64,000 nucleotides of DNA from Histomonas meleagridis 2922-C6/04-290x. Taxonomy: Eukaryota > Protista > Parabasalia. The notes below the pieces were generated by a model. The model did no database searches. It saw only the letters and a program-made list of their open reading frames with translations, and was not told the origin of the DNA. Positions within the stretch are counted from its first letter, which is position 1. Each line of letters opens with the position of its first letter. The translations under genes were made by a program, and so were the position numbers. Positions 13,280 to 25,216 of this stretch are shown here, piece after piece. The stretch lies in the NCBI GenBank assembly GCA_020184695.1, contig JAANOX010000098.1:1-64000 (forward strand). Direction: 5' to 3'.

Positions 13280-15153
13280 ATGAACCAAATGGATGAAAAA
13301 AATGATCAACAAAACTCTGATTCAAAAAGAATAGAGATATTTTTTCAAAAGGCACTTGACGCAAATTCAGCACGTGAAAAAACACGTTTTTAAATGAATT
13401 AAAAAAATTATTAAAAAAACATTCGGTGGATTATTCTTTAGCAATTACAGAAAGAGAACGAATTGACTCAGAAATTATTAAGGCTAAAGCTTTGAATGAT
13501 AAAATTAATAAGGAATATACTGAACTACAAAATTCAGTTTCTTTTTTAACAGAGCTCGATTTTTATCAAGCAGCACCAGATGTTTCAAGTATGGAAAAAC
13601 TAATTAAAAGAATAGAACGAGATATATCAGAAATATCAACATTACCAAATAAAGATAAACTTCAAGAAATTATTTCATCATCAAAATCAGAAAAACATTT
13701 ATATCTTGATTTATTAAATTTTCGTGAAGTTCGCCTTAAACAACTTGTTGAAGCATTTAAGCAAAAAATTTTAATATCAGAACAACGACTTGAATGTGCG
13801 TCAATTGTAATTGATGAATTTGGAAGTATTACCAATATGATTAATAAATTTCAACAACTTCAAAAAGAAAATGAAAAGCTTAAAGTACGTCAAATTCGAT
13901 TTTCGCATGAATCTCTCCTAAAATTAAGAAGATTTACTAAATGCGAACCTAAAACGCTTCATACATTTTTTATCGCATTACAAAATGAATTATCAGTTTT
14001 ATGTGATGAAATAAATAAAATGCAAAAGCAAAGTGAAGAAAATATTTTAAACTTTACAGATGAGACAGAAAATATTGAACTTATATTAACAAAACCAATG
14101 TTTTCATTTTCGGAACCTCTTCCAAACCTAATAGAAAAGCCAATTGAATTTAATGAAACAATAATCGAATCATTAAATCAAAATATAAATAATAAAACAT
14201 ATCCAACAGATTATCAACTGATTAATCTTGATAACCAATATTCTATAATAAAAGAAAAAACACAACGTCTTCGTTCTGAACTTACATTACGACGTAACTC
14301 AGAAAAAATTTTAACAGAAATCGAAAATCAACGATTTGAAAAACTTCATTCACTACATGAACGCTTACTTACGGAAGTACATTCATTACAAGAACAAAAT
14401 GAAACAACAAATAATTCAAAGCAAGTATTAAATGAAATGTTGGAACAAATTACAAATGAATATAAACAAATAAATGATAAAAGTATAAATCTTTCGCAAA
14501 AATGTCAAGAATTATATAAAATACATTGTCGTAATCGAAAAGAATTCCAAAAAATATGGAAATCTGGTTCATGTATCTTTAAACTTACGGAGTTACTTAG
14601 TAAATCATATTTATATCAAACTGTTGATAAAACTGAAATTTTACCAAATTTAATATTAAAAGATAAAGAACAAAATCGAAAGATTCCGAATTTTACCGAA
14701 ACTCCACATCCTTTACTTTCGAATTTATATGAAAATGTTCATCTTGAATTAGTTAAAAGAAATGCTCTGGATTTAATCCAAAAAGATAAAGGAAAGAAAA
14801 TTGATAAACTTAAAGAAATTTGTTCAACATTTCAAGAAGATAAAGAAATCCAAAACATTACAAATTATATTTCTAAGTCACCAAAACAAATTCAAGATAA
14901 TCTTCAAGATAAAAAGTATATCGAAAGATTCTTCAAGGAATTACTTCAAGGAATTAGAGAATATACAACAAAAGATATAAATGCATTTAATGATTATTTG
15001 AAAGAAAATATTAAATTCATGAAAGACGTCTCAGAACCAATTCTTTGTAAAGTAAAAAGAGTAACTTCTTCTCAAACATTTCAAGCACGTAAAAGCGATA
15101 TTGAAACACAATACAATAAACTCGATATTATTCGCGGTAGGAAAAGAAAATAA
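13280..15153 (+). CDS. Hypothetical coiled-coil protein (probable true ATG 13280, 1-nt frameshift at ~13380)
   Basis: Open frame 13426-15153 rich in E/K/L/Q. Upstream MNQMDEKND... frame joins it if one A is added to the GAAAAAAC run. Confidence 0.7.
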
Positions 15154-15654
15154 AATAACTTTTTTCTAGTCATTATATTAAATAAAAAAAAATTTTTTTT
15201 ATAAGTGATTAATTACATTTTAATATCAGAATAGATTCAAAAAGAAAGGAAAAATCAAAAATTTTTTTGACAAATTCTATTATAAAACATAATTTTTATT
15301 GATGTATTGTAAGAAAGAATAACAAAGATTCATTTAATAATGATAAAAAGCTAATTAAAAGAAGATATTTCGAATTCTTAATTTTTTATATTTTCGGACT
15401 TTCAATAGTCGGAAATCATGTGAATATTAATGTCCTCGCCTTCGTAATTTTATTTACCCATATTTACCACATTAAGTCCTTTTTTCAAAAATATGACGTT
15501 GATGACCAATTCATTACTCAATTAATTGAACGAATTGGTTGTTTTACAAAGTAATGTGTGAAATTTGATCCGTCTCATTAGAATTAATTGAATAGCGTAT
15601 TCAAAATTGAAGCGGACTTACGAGTTGAAAGTAAAAGATATCAAATTTCAGATA

Positions 15655-17352
15655 ATGAGCATTGGAACAACCCAAATATTACCACCATCAAGTTTAACAA
15701 TTCCTCCACCTATTTCTTCACCAGATTCCTTTCCACAAATCCCACCAAATATTCCATTGCCAACTAATCTCCCACCAATTCCTAATGTAAGCAACATTCC
15801 ACTACCAGCAACAGTTCCACATATTCCACCACCAACTCAAATGCCAAACATACCTCAGCCAACTTCAGTACAGCAAATACCGCCACCTACTGCTTTACCA
15901 AATATTCCACCACCAAGTGCGGTTTCAAATATCGCATCGCCTGCTACTATTCCCCAACCAAGTGCTGTATCAAATATTCCGCCACCTTCAGCTGTTCCAC
16001 AAGTTCCACAACAAAACACTGTTCCATGCATGTCACAACCTAATGCAAGTATTTCACAACAAGTTGCAGTACCCCAAATTCCACAACAAAACACTGTTCC
16101 ATGCATGTCGCAACCTAATGCAAGTATTTCACAATCAGTTGCTGCTCCACAAGTTCCACAGCTAAACATAACACCGCAAGCTGCTACTCCACAGACGTTA
16201 TCGCAACATTTTATGCAGTCCTTATCGACTTCATATTCGATTCCTCAAAACAATTATTCATTACCTGAGCATTCAAATTTGCCTGCTTCAAGTCTCGACA
16301 GTGGCACATCTCCATTAATTGCACAAAATAATGGTGTCGCTGATCCATCGAGGCGTCAGCGTCATCACCACAGTTCGCATAGTTCGCGTGGCTCACGCGG
16401 TTCATCATCAATTATTGTTCCAAGTGAAATTAATTCAATCGATCAAACAAAGGAAACCACAACAATCCAAACACCGCAAATTGAACAACCAAAAGTCTAC
16501 ACACCAACAATACAACAAAATAAATCAGAACAAAAACTTCTCAATATTGAGTTTTATTTTATAAAGCCCAAAGTTATTACACGCGTAATACGTCGACCAC
16601 GTAAAGTAGTCGCACGTAACACAGGGCCAAAACGCCTCATCCACAAGTGCCCCACAGTTCCATCATTTACTCCGCCGCCGCCACGGCCACTAAAGGAAGA
16701 ACAGGAGTCAGAATTTGGACGCCAAGAAGTGCCACAGCGAACACAAGACGACTCTGTGCTTACACCTTCGACGCCGCGCCACCTTTGGCAGTCCACAATA
16801 CAAGGGTCGCTGCCGCTTATGCCAAGTGCAAAGCAGCCAACTCCGGAACCAGCGCCATCACCTGTGCCTGCTGCATTGCCACTTCAGCCGCCGACAGCAA
16901 AGCCACAAACGCCTATAAATGGACAAACCAAAACAATATCATTCGCGCCGACACCTACGCCAGCACCAACGGCAACACCAAAGCCAATTGCTATGCCAGC
17001 ACAAAAGAAGAAAGAGGAAGCGCCGGTGCAAAAGTCAATTGTTGTTGATAAGCAACTTACAACAAGTTCAATCAAAGAGCGTATGGCAATGCTACGTAAC
17101 TCGGGACTCGAGAAAGCACTCGCGAGTGGCGGCGTAAGACAAGTGAAGACGCGCCCAACACAGCCGGGTATGAGTCAGTATGCGAATGCAGCACCGCAGC
17201 AAATGTACCCAATTGGCAATATGAATATGCAATTACGTTCCATTAAGCAGCCGACACAACCTGCGCAGGAAGTGATGATACCTGGAAAGCAAATTATAAG
17301 AAATGTACGTCCAAACAGAGGAAGGAGGCCGCCAACAATAGTGCAAACATAG
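15655..17352 (+). CDS. Proline-rich hypothetical protein
   Basis: Long open frame with first ATG at 15655; IPPP repeats; C-terminal SIKERMAML helix. Confidence 0.8.
   Translation: MSIGTTQILPPSSLTIPPPISSPDSFPQIPPNIPLPTNLPPIPNVSNIPLPATVPHIPPPTQMPNIPQPTSVQQIPPPTALPNIPPPSAVSNIASPATIPQPSAVSNIPPPSAVPQVPQQNTVPCMSQPNASISQQVAVPQIPQQNTVPCMSQPNASISQSVAAPQVPQLNITPQAATPQTLSQHFMQSLSTSYSIPQNNYSLPEHSNLPASSLDSGTSPLIAQNNGVADPSRRQRHHHSSHSSRGSRGSSSIIVPSEINSIDQTKETTTIQTPQIEQPKVYTPTIQQNKSEQKLLNIEFYFIKPKVITRVIRRPRKVVARNTGPKRLIHKCPTVPSFTPPPPRPLKEEQESEFGRQEVPQRTQDDSVLTPSTPRHLWQSTIQGSLPLMPSAKQPTPEPAPSPVPAALPLQPPTAKPQTPINGQTKTISFAPTPTPAPTATPKPIAMPAQKKKEEAPVQKSIVVDKQLTTSSIKERMAMLRNSGLEKALASGGVRQVKTRPTQPGMSQYANAAPQQMYPIGNMNMQLRSIKQPTQPAQEVMIPGKQIIRNVRPNRGRRPPTIVQT
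15998..16160 (+). repeat. 75-nt (25-aa) intragenic tandem repeat, about 2.2 copies
   Basis: PQ(V/I)PQQNTVPCMSQPNASISQ starts at ~15998 and ~16073. Confidence 0.85.
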
Positions 17353-17839
17353 CAAAGTAAAAAATAACTTTGGCGTTATTAAATAGTATTCGTGCGTTAT
17401 ATAATCAAATTTTTGTTTATTGTATTTTTATTATCTCTGTATTTGTTTAAGTTATCGCTTCCTTCATGTAAAAGAAAAAAAAGAATCATTGAAGTTAAAT
17501 TTTTGTTCTAAAGATACATGAGAAAAAATTGATCCATTTTCACCACTTAAAAATTACAGATCAATAAAAAGATTTTCATCCAATCGTGGAAATTTTTCAT
17601 AAACTCAACTTAAAGTATACAAGTCTTTGGGTATGTTTGATTTGTTTTGGAATAAAACAACGCTAAAAACCAACGTTTATTTCATTCAAAAAAATTTTGA
17701 GTAAATTCATCAAAAGGTCAATTGTAAATTGTAATAATATTTTTTTGTTATATATGATATTTCTTGTAATAATTTAAGGTTTCATAATCAAAAATAAAAT
17801 CTAATCAAACCATACATCGCTCACTTTAGTAGTTCAGAA

Positions 17840-18240
17840 AGGCTGTATACAGCTATATATAAATTACTTCTTGCACACAACGGAATTGATATTAATGGTA
17901 AAGATATTTATTTGTTTAATATCAAATGTATTTTATAAATTTTGGATTTCAATATGAAATTTGGAAATTATTTAAATTATTTAATACAGCTCTTGCTTCC
18001 TGCTCAAGGTGGCCATACTCAAATTGTTAAGTTACCCCCTGAACAAGAGGGTATTAAAACAAATACCAAAAATATGCATCCATTAAATTTAAAATTTATT
18101 TTGATAATATAGCTTTTTAAAATTGTATTTGGTATTTATTTATAATTTTTGATACACCGCTTTCACTTGCATCCAAATGTTCTCATGAAGATATTGTTAA
18201 ATTGCTTGAAGGAAGATCAGATCCATGCATAAGCTTTTAA
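17840..18240 (+). pseudogene. Orphan ankyrin-repeat fragment with two 80-nt inserts
   Basis: KLLLAHNGIDINGKD-[17906-17985]-TAL..; EQEGIKTNTKN-[18074-18153]-TPLSLASK. Frameshift inside the middle block. Confidence 0.75.
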
Positions 18241-18591
18241 TAAAAATTTAGTTATAAATTTAAGACTAAAACATATTTTATCAATACCATATCTAGCTTT
18301 TCAAGCTTGATGGTTCTGTCTCGGTTTCAAATATAGTGTCATTATGCCATTCATTTCCAATGGAGTTTATTGAGAACACACCAATTCTTCAGTGCATGAA
18401 ATCATTTATTAATAATTTGAGGTTTTGTTTTGAATGATTTACATCCTACAATTAGAATATTTTTTTTTTATAATTGAAAAACATTAACTTAATTAAATAT
18501 CACATGAAACAAATTTGAGTTAAGAACATTTTTCGAGTTCGACTTTACTGAACATTTAAATTTAATTTCATGTTTATTGGGATTTCTTGAT

Positions 18592-19452
18592 TTAGAGAAT
18601 TCCTTCTTCAGAGTCAGCATAACGCCTCATATCCAGAATCCTGTTGTTTGTCCAATTGTCCACGATTGTGCATTGCTTATATTTCTCGATGAAGTCGTCG
18701 AATTCTTCGATATTTTGCCCCTCAATTTTGTCTATGAGCTCGTCAACAAATTTGTACATATGGTGCATTCGAAACGCAGGGTTTTCCTGAAGGTAATCCT
18801 CGAGTTTCACGCGCGCGCCAATTGTATCACCTGTATCGAGAATGCAAAGAATGGCTTTAGCAAACAGCGGGCCGGCACTTGTTTGTGTGAGGGCTTCTTT
18901 GAAACGAAGCTTTGAGGCTTCGATGTAAAGATCAGCGGCTTCGGAATATCGACCAGTATCAGATATAATATCAGCAATTTCTTCAAGATGACGAGCTGCT
19001 TTAGGTTCATTGTATGTTTCCTTGTAGATATTGATGGCTTCGTTCCAAAGATTAATAGCTTCGTCAACTTTTTGTTGCTTGAAAAGAAGACTAGCCATCT
19101 CGGATTTAATGTCAGCAACCATGGTGTCGTTCTTTTTCTCTTGGTAAACAGAAATTGCTAATTTATATGCTTCAACTGCTTGATCATATGTATCTGGACT
19201 TTTGGTAAAACATTTAGCTGCTTCCATGGCAGATGACGCTGATGCTGAAAACTCTTTTAGTTCTTGATGAACTTTGGCTGAAATTAAGTGCGCTTCACCT
19301 GCACGTTTGAAATTTCGTTCATTTTTGAAAGCATTTGCTGATTGAGTATATCTATCTGATGCTTCTTGAAGGTTTTTGGTTTTTCCAAATAGAGATTTTT
19401 TTTCTTGGAGGTGCTTAGCTGCTTTAAAAAGTTCTTCACCGCGAGAAGTCAT
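18592..19452 (-). CDS. Alpha-soluble NSF attachment protein (alpha-SNAP)
   Basis: GEELFKAAKHL..., EASDRYTQSANAFK, TPR-like helices, C-terminal DNWTNNRIL..EEGIL; 286 aa fits the family. Confidence 0.9.
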   Translation of the reverse strand: MTSRGEELFKAAKHLQEKKSLFGKTKNLQEASDRYTQSANAFKNERNFKRAGEAHLISAKVHQELKEFSASASSAMEAAKCFTKSPDTYDQAVEAYKLAISVYQEKKNDTMVADIKSEMASLLFKQQKVDEAINLWNEAINIYKETYNEPKAARHLEEIADIISDTGRYSEAADLYIEASKLRFKEALTQTSAGPLFAKAILCILDTGDTIGARVKLEDYLQENPAFRMHHMYKFVDELIDKIEGQNIEEFDDFIEKYKQCTIVDNWTNNRILDMRRYADSEEGIL

Positions 19453-19846
19453 TTTTTAATAACCGTTAGGATATTGAATAGCATATTATCGTTCTTTGAA
19501 AAGTGCTCTCAATTTGCTGATATTTGAACAAAAGCTTCAATTCATCGTTCGTTTAATTTTTGCTCTAATTGGTTTGCATCGAAAATTTTCACATATTTCT
19601 GATTTATTATTTCAATCAATCTATTTTTAATTATCATAAGTCTGTTTTAATCTTGAAGCACATATTTAAAGAGACTTATGTAACACCATGAAAACCCAAA
19701 ATATGAAGATACTGTATCATTGTTTATATCCACATAACTTATTTATTATTGAATCATACATAAAATTCCAATAAACAAATGAATCCAATTAAAGTTCCAA
19801 CAAATAATAAATTTACATTTAATACACAACAAATCCAATATTTTAT

Positions 19847-22060
19847 TTATAAGTTTTCGTTAATAAGTTCTTCGATTGAGTTCTGCAAGTGAATAATTTC
19901 GTCATATTTCCATTTATCTTCTTCGAATGACTTATGCAAACTCTTACACCATTTCAAGAGCTCGTTCAGTCTCTTTTGCGTTTCTGCGATTTTCTTTTCC
20001 TGCGACATCAGCAGCGCTTTTGTCTTCGCGAGTAATTTACTCAGTCGTTTAATTTGCTTTATCAAACCATCGAACACTTTCACAATCGAAGTATTACCGC
20101 AATTTATCTTTTTCCTGATATTAATTACATCGTTTGCAAGTTGTCGACATAATGTAATTACATTATCGCGCGTGTATTCAACATTATCAATACCAACAGC
20201 TTTGCGTATTAATTCGAATGTCTCTCGATCAATTCGCGGCTTATCTTCATATGACTTCTGAAGTTTCTCTGTTATCTTTCGTGTGAGAATTGGCTTAAGT
20301 TCATTTTCGACGATTTCGCGATTCTTCTGCGTAATCTTTGGCGTTATTTCCTTTTCGATGTTCTTTCGAAGTTCGTCTTTCGTTTTACTTGTTACTTCTT
20401 CTCGAATTTCATTTGCAATTTGTGGCCGAAGTTCATTTGAAATTTCTTCGCGTAATAAAATTTCGTTTTGCGCTTTAACTTGTTTCGTTATCTTTGGAAT
20501 AAGTTCTTTTTTAAGGTCCGCTCGTATTTCATTTGTAAGTAATGGCGTAAGTTCATCACGTATTTTGTTTTCAAGTTTTGCTTTGACGTCGCGTTTAATG
20601 TTCGGCAGCAATTCGTTTGTAATCTTCGGACGTAATTCCCGTTCTATAATTGGAGTAAGTTCAGAGCGAACTTCGAACATCAGTCGTTGTTTGAGCTCGC
20701 GCTTTATTTGCGGCCGTAACTCATTTCGAATTGTTTCGCGAAGTTTCGGCTCGTGTTTGTTGCACATCTTTTCTTTGACTTCAGATTTTATCTTTGGACG
20801 AAGTTCGGACTCAATTTGCGGAGTCAATTCGCGTCGGAGCTGACGACGAAGCGCTGTTTCGAGTTCAGTGTCATTCAGATTTGGAATTCGCGGTTGCATG
20901 CGCTCGAGAATGCGGCTGCGGCACTCGCGCTCAATCTGCGGACGTAATTTTGCTTCGATCTTTGGCTTCAACTCATTTTTGATTTGTTTGCGAAGTGATG
21001 ATTCATATTCACTTCGATCAGACGCAATTTCTTTGTGGATTTGACGACGTAATTCGCGCTCAATCTGCGGACGAAGAGTCGCTTCGAGCTCATTCCGTAT
21101 GCGAACACGAAGACTTCTCTCAAGTGCCGATTTTTCATTATCGAATTGCTGTTTGAGTTTTGCTTCGATTTGAGGTTTAAGTTCGCTTTTAATTCGATTG
21201 CGAATACTCGATTCGGCCGTTGCTGCATCACTGTTGAGCTCGTTAAGAATTTGCAAGCGGAGTTGTGATTCCATATGCTGAAGTTTGGAAGCATTTTTTT
21301 GCTCGAGTTCTTCTTTTATTTGTTGACGAATTGAATTGATATCGAAATTATTTTGGCGATTTGAAGAATTTGAATTATTAATTGTTTCGGAATCAGATGC
21401 AAAGGTTCGAAAAGTACCGATTTTTGACTTAGTAATGATTCGACTGAGAATATCATTGATCAAAATTTCTTGCCATAATAGTGCAGATAACTCTGATGAG
21501 CTAACATGGGTATTGAAAAGAAAATTTTTAACACGAGAGATGTGGTTATTGGTGTAAATGTCACTTAAAAGTTGATCTGTAATGTCAGGAATGATTGTGT
21601 CAGTATCAGTGAAATCACTAATAGACGAAATAAGCTGAGAAGTACGAGATGCTTGTTCAAGTGCAAGTTTGGATGCAGTTTCAGGAAGGAAAAGAGATCC
21701 ATTTTGTTGTGAAATGAGAAACATTGATTGGAGATCAGGTGTTTCAACAAGCCTAGTAAGGAATTGAGTATGGCCTTTAAGTTGGTTACACAATCTATTA
21801 ATTGATGAATTATATTGTTCTAAAATGTCTTCGATTTTGCTTAAAATTAATTTTGGGTCTGAACTTGCTTTAAGAGATTTGAGTTCATTTATTTGAATGA
21901 TGTCTTGAGGATTTGTTAATTCGATGAAAATATTCAAAATATCATTTGCTAAAATTGTGCTTTTTGCTTTTTCTCGTCGCTTTCCAGATTTCCCATATTC
22001 TTTAGAACTAAAAATATCATCGCTATCGGTTAAATCTTCATTTTTTGAAACCTTCCTCAT
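19847..22060 (-). CDS. Hypothetical coiled-coil protein with ELxPxI repeats
   Basis: 737-aa open frame with recurrent ELRPQIERELR-type units. Confidence 0.8.
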   Translation of the reverse strand: MRKVSKNEDLTDSDDIFSSKEYGKSGKRREKAKSTILANDILNIFIELTNPQDIIQINELKSLKASSDPKLILSKIEDILEQYNSSINRLCNQLKGHTQFLTRLVETPDLQSMFLISQQNGSLFLPETASKLALEQASRTSQLISSISDFTDTDTIIPDITDQLLSDIYTNNHISRVKNFLFNTHVSSSELSALLWQEILINDILSRIITKSKIGTFRTFASDSETINNSNSSNRQNNFDINSIRQQIKEELEQKNASKLQHMESQLRLQILNELNSDAATAESSIRNRIKSELKPQIEAKLKQQFDNEKSALERSLRVRIRNELEATLRPQIERELRRQIHKEIASDRSEYESSLRKQIKNELKPKIEAKLRPQIERECRSRILERMQPRIPNLNDTELETALRRQLRRELTPQIESELRPKIKSEVKEKMCNKHEPKLRETIRNELRPQIKRELKQRLMFEVRSELTPIIERELRPKITNELLPNIKRDVKAKLENKIRDELTPLLTNEIRADLKKELIPKITKQVKAQNEILLREEISNELRPQIANEIREEVTSKTKDELRKNIEKEITPKITQKNREIVENELKPILTRKITEKLQKSYEDKPRIDRETFELIRKAVGIDNVEYTRDNVITLCRQLANDVINIRKKINCGNTSIVKVFDGLIKQIKRLSKLLAKTKALLMSQEKKIAETQKRLNELLKWCKSLHKSFEEDKWKYDEIIHLQNSIEELINENL

Positions 22061-22389
22061 TTGATTTTGACCGTTAAAAAAAAGTAAACGGTAAAAAAAA
22101 GCGCCAAATCAAAGTTTTAATTTTCCTTGTTTCTTGCTAATTATTTTAAATAGACCCACGGAATATCAAGAGCATTGCATGCACATGTTGGGTGTTATCT
22201 TTCCCAATTAAAATGTTTCAATTTTATTTATTGATAGATTAATATTTTTTAACTTTTAACTTATCATTTAAATGAACAGTTTAATATTGAAGGCTTCTCT
22301 TTACTTATAATCATCTTTTGACGATTTTTTTCCTTTCATGAAATTTATTATGGACTGTTTTTATTTTGAGGAACTTTGTTTAGAATAAA

Positions 22390-23004
22390 ATGGCATCCAA
22401 CCAAATTTGCCACAAAATCGTCCTCATTGGGAATTCATCAGTTGGTAAGACATCAATAATAACCCAATTTATATACGGATCTACGAGTAGTGAGCACCAA
22501 CCAACAGTTGGAATTGACTTTTTCTCAAAAACAATACAGAAAGATGGACAATTTGTTCGTCTTCAAATATGGGATACAGCAGGTCAAGAAAAGTTTCATT
22601 CCTTGATTCCATCATATATTCGCACATCTACTGTTGCTATCTTTGTTTTCGATATCACTTCTCGAACTTCATTCGAAGAACTTGAAAAATGGTACAATAT
22701 GGTAACTGACCTTGCAAATCCTACTCTTATTTTTGTTGCTAACAAAGTTGATCTTGAGGAAGAAAGATGTGTTTCCACTGAAGAAGGCAAGAAGCTTGCC
22801 GAATCTCATAAAGCTGCTTACTTCGAAACTAGCGCAAGAACCCCTATAAACATAACAGAATTGTTTGAATATGTTGCACAACAGCCGCTCCAAAGCCCTA
22901 AAGAAACAAAAGATAAGCAAACACATGAAAACGAAACTGAAACCCCAAAGACAGTTGAAATAAGAACCCATGAACCACCAGCACAGGGTGGGTGTGGATG
23001 CTGA
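22390..23004 (+). CDS. Rab GTPase, Rab6-like
   Basis: GNSSVGKTS, PTVGIDFFSKT, WDTAGQEKFHSLIPSYIR, NKVD, ETSA and a C-terminal CGC prenylation motif. Confidence 0.93.
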   Translation: MASNQICHKIVLIGNSSVGKTSIITQFIYGSTSSEHQPTVGIDFFSKTIQKDGQFVRLQIWDTAGQEKFHSLIPSYIRTSTVAIFVFDITSRTSFEELEKWYNMVTDLANPTLIFVANKVDLEEERCVSTEEGKKLAESHKAAYFETSARTPINITELFEYVAQQPLQSPKETKDKQTHENETETPKTVEIRTHEPPAQGGCGC

Positions 23005-23806
23005 TCTAAATAATCTTTTTAAAAAGATATTTGTTGATGAAATTTTTAACATAATGTGTAATGGTTATTTTTATTTTTACGTATAAAATTATATTTATAT
23101 TTTTTTCGAGTAATTTCTGTTTTATATTTTTTTTTTTTGTACATAAATTCTTAACTACTTCAAAAAGTTCTATCGTAAAAAACTACACACATGTAACTTA
23201 CATTCAAATTTGAATATGTTTACTTTTTTTTTAACTACTTTATATAATGTTCTGGGGGCCAAAAAATTCTGTACTTTATAGGGACGGTTTTCAAAAAGCA
23301 CTACTATCTAAATTTAGATGGAATCTAATTTTCAGCCACAAATAAATTACATTCAAAATTTTGATCAAGCCATTTTCAATCTCAATCAGGAAAACATCTA
23401 TTTTGCAGTTAAATCAGTTCTAAAGTTATTTGATGTTAATTACCCTTTTTCATTTAACATAACTCTTGTTAAATATATTTATTCATCTTTCAATTTGAAT
23501 AAAAAAGATATAAACATTTATTTTCAGTTTTTAAAAGAGATTGAAACCAGCGAAAAAATGCTTCTCCAAAAAGATGTACAAATTTTTCCAATATTTGGAA
23601 GTTATCTCATTCAGAAACTTGGTGAGGGTGCAAAAGATATTATTCTTCAAATGGTTGAAAAAAAATTCACTGATAAAGGTATCATTCAGATGCTGCCTTC
23701 ACAAAAATTGGCAATCTAATGCGTCATTCATCGCCCAAAGATTTCAATCAAATAAAAATGCTTCAGAGACAAAACAAGCCAATGGAATTAATAGAAAAAT
23801 CAATGG

Positions 23807-24405
23807 TTCAACAATGCGCTGATTACGTAATTTAAATTTATTTATTAATTCAAAACATTTCACTTATTTGCACGTTATCGGTGCATCGCGTCGCACACTT
23901 CTTAAGTTGTTTCGCTGCTGCGCTGATTACGTAATTTAAATTTATTTATTAATTCAAAACATTTCACTAATTCACAATTGAAAGTTACGAAACATTTTAT
24001 TTACAAATAATTCGCATTCGCACTCAGATGTACTCTGTGTTCTGCAGCGGATTCATATCGAATGTTTCATAGTAAAAGTCGGAGTATTCGTCGCACTCTT
24101 CTTCGTATTCGCTCACTTCTTCGCTTTCGTTTTCGTTACTCTTTCGGTACAGATACAAAAGCACTTCCGCAAGTTCTGCAACAACTGCAACGCAAACAAC
24201 AATCAAAAGGATAACTTCTTCGTTGCTCAGACGATTTAAGAGAACATTTTTCGTCGATGACTTCAATCGGCGCTTCGCAGTAAATCGTGTTCAGGAAGTA
24301 ATTCGTTCGCATATTTTCGCTGTCTTCGAATTTACAATTGTTAATGATAATTCGCGAACTGTTTGGTCGCTGAATTTCGTCACTAATTAAACTTGATCCA
24401 AGTTC
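23807..24405 (-). mobile_element. Insertion flanked by 20-bp target-site duplication, carrying a 3' fragment of a type I membrane protein gene
   Basis: ATTAATAGAAAAATCAATGG at 23787-23806 and 24406-24425. Antisense coding fragment with TM segment (VILLIVVCVAVVAELAEVLLYLY) and an acidic tail ending at 24024. Confidence 0.75.
23815..23968. repeat. 50-nt direct repeat, 2 copies
   Basis: TGCGCTGATTACGTAATTTAAATTTATTTATTAATTCAAAACATTTCACT at 23815-23864 and 23919-23968. Confidence 0.9.
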
Positions 24406-25216
24406 ATTAATAGAAAAATCAATGGATTTCATATATATTTTGGCAATATGGAACAAGTTCAACTGATTGAGCAAATAATTAAAAGCGATGACATAGAAAA
24501 ACTTCAAGAAATTTCAGCAAATGATTTTGACTTCAATCAAAAATTAGATAAGTTTTTCGATAATGATTTTTATTCTTTAAATAAAACACCATCGCTAATT
24601 GATTGTGCAGCTTTTTATGGATCAATTAATTGTTTCAAATACTTATTGTTAAATAATGCTGATGTTATAGATACTGGCGCTTATGCAGTTGTAGGTGGAA
24701 ATTTTGAAATTATTCATTTATGCGAACAAAATAATGCATCATTTAAAGACGCATGCATTATAGCTATTAGATATCATAGAAATGATATCTTTCGTTATCT
24801 TTATGAAAATAATAAAATAGATATTACAACAGAAAAAAAACATGGAAGAATTTATACCTTCATTAATAGAACAAAAATTAAAAATAATCAACCTGATGAC
24901 TCACAAAATGATGAAAATAAGATATTAAAAACTATTTCTACCTTTGCTATCAATTCCATAGATGAAAATAACTTTGAAATTTTTTTGTTTTTGCTTCAAA
25001 ATGGTCTTGAAATCAAATTTGATATCATGAGCAAGCTGTTTGAAAATGGTAATTTTTTTATCATTAAATATTTATATTTATATTTTTTTATCATTAAAAC
25101 ATGTTTTTAAAAAAACAATTCCAAAAGAATCACTTCCATATTCAATTGTTGCAAATAATTTTGAACTTGTTGAACATATTCTTTCATATAAGGATATTGA
25201 TGTTAATATGAAAAAT

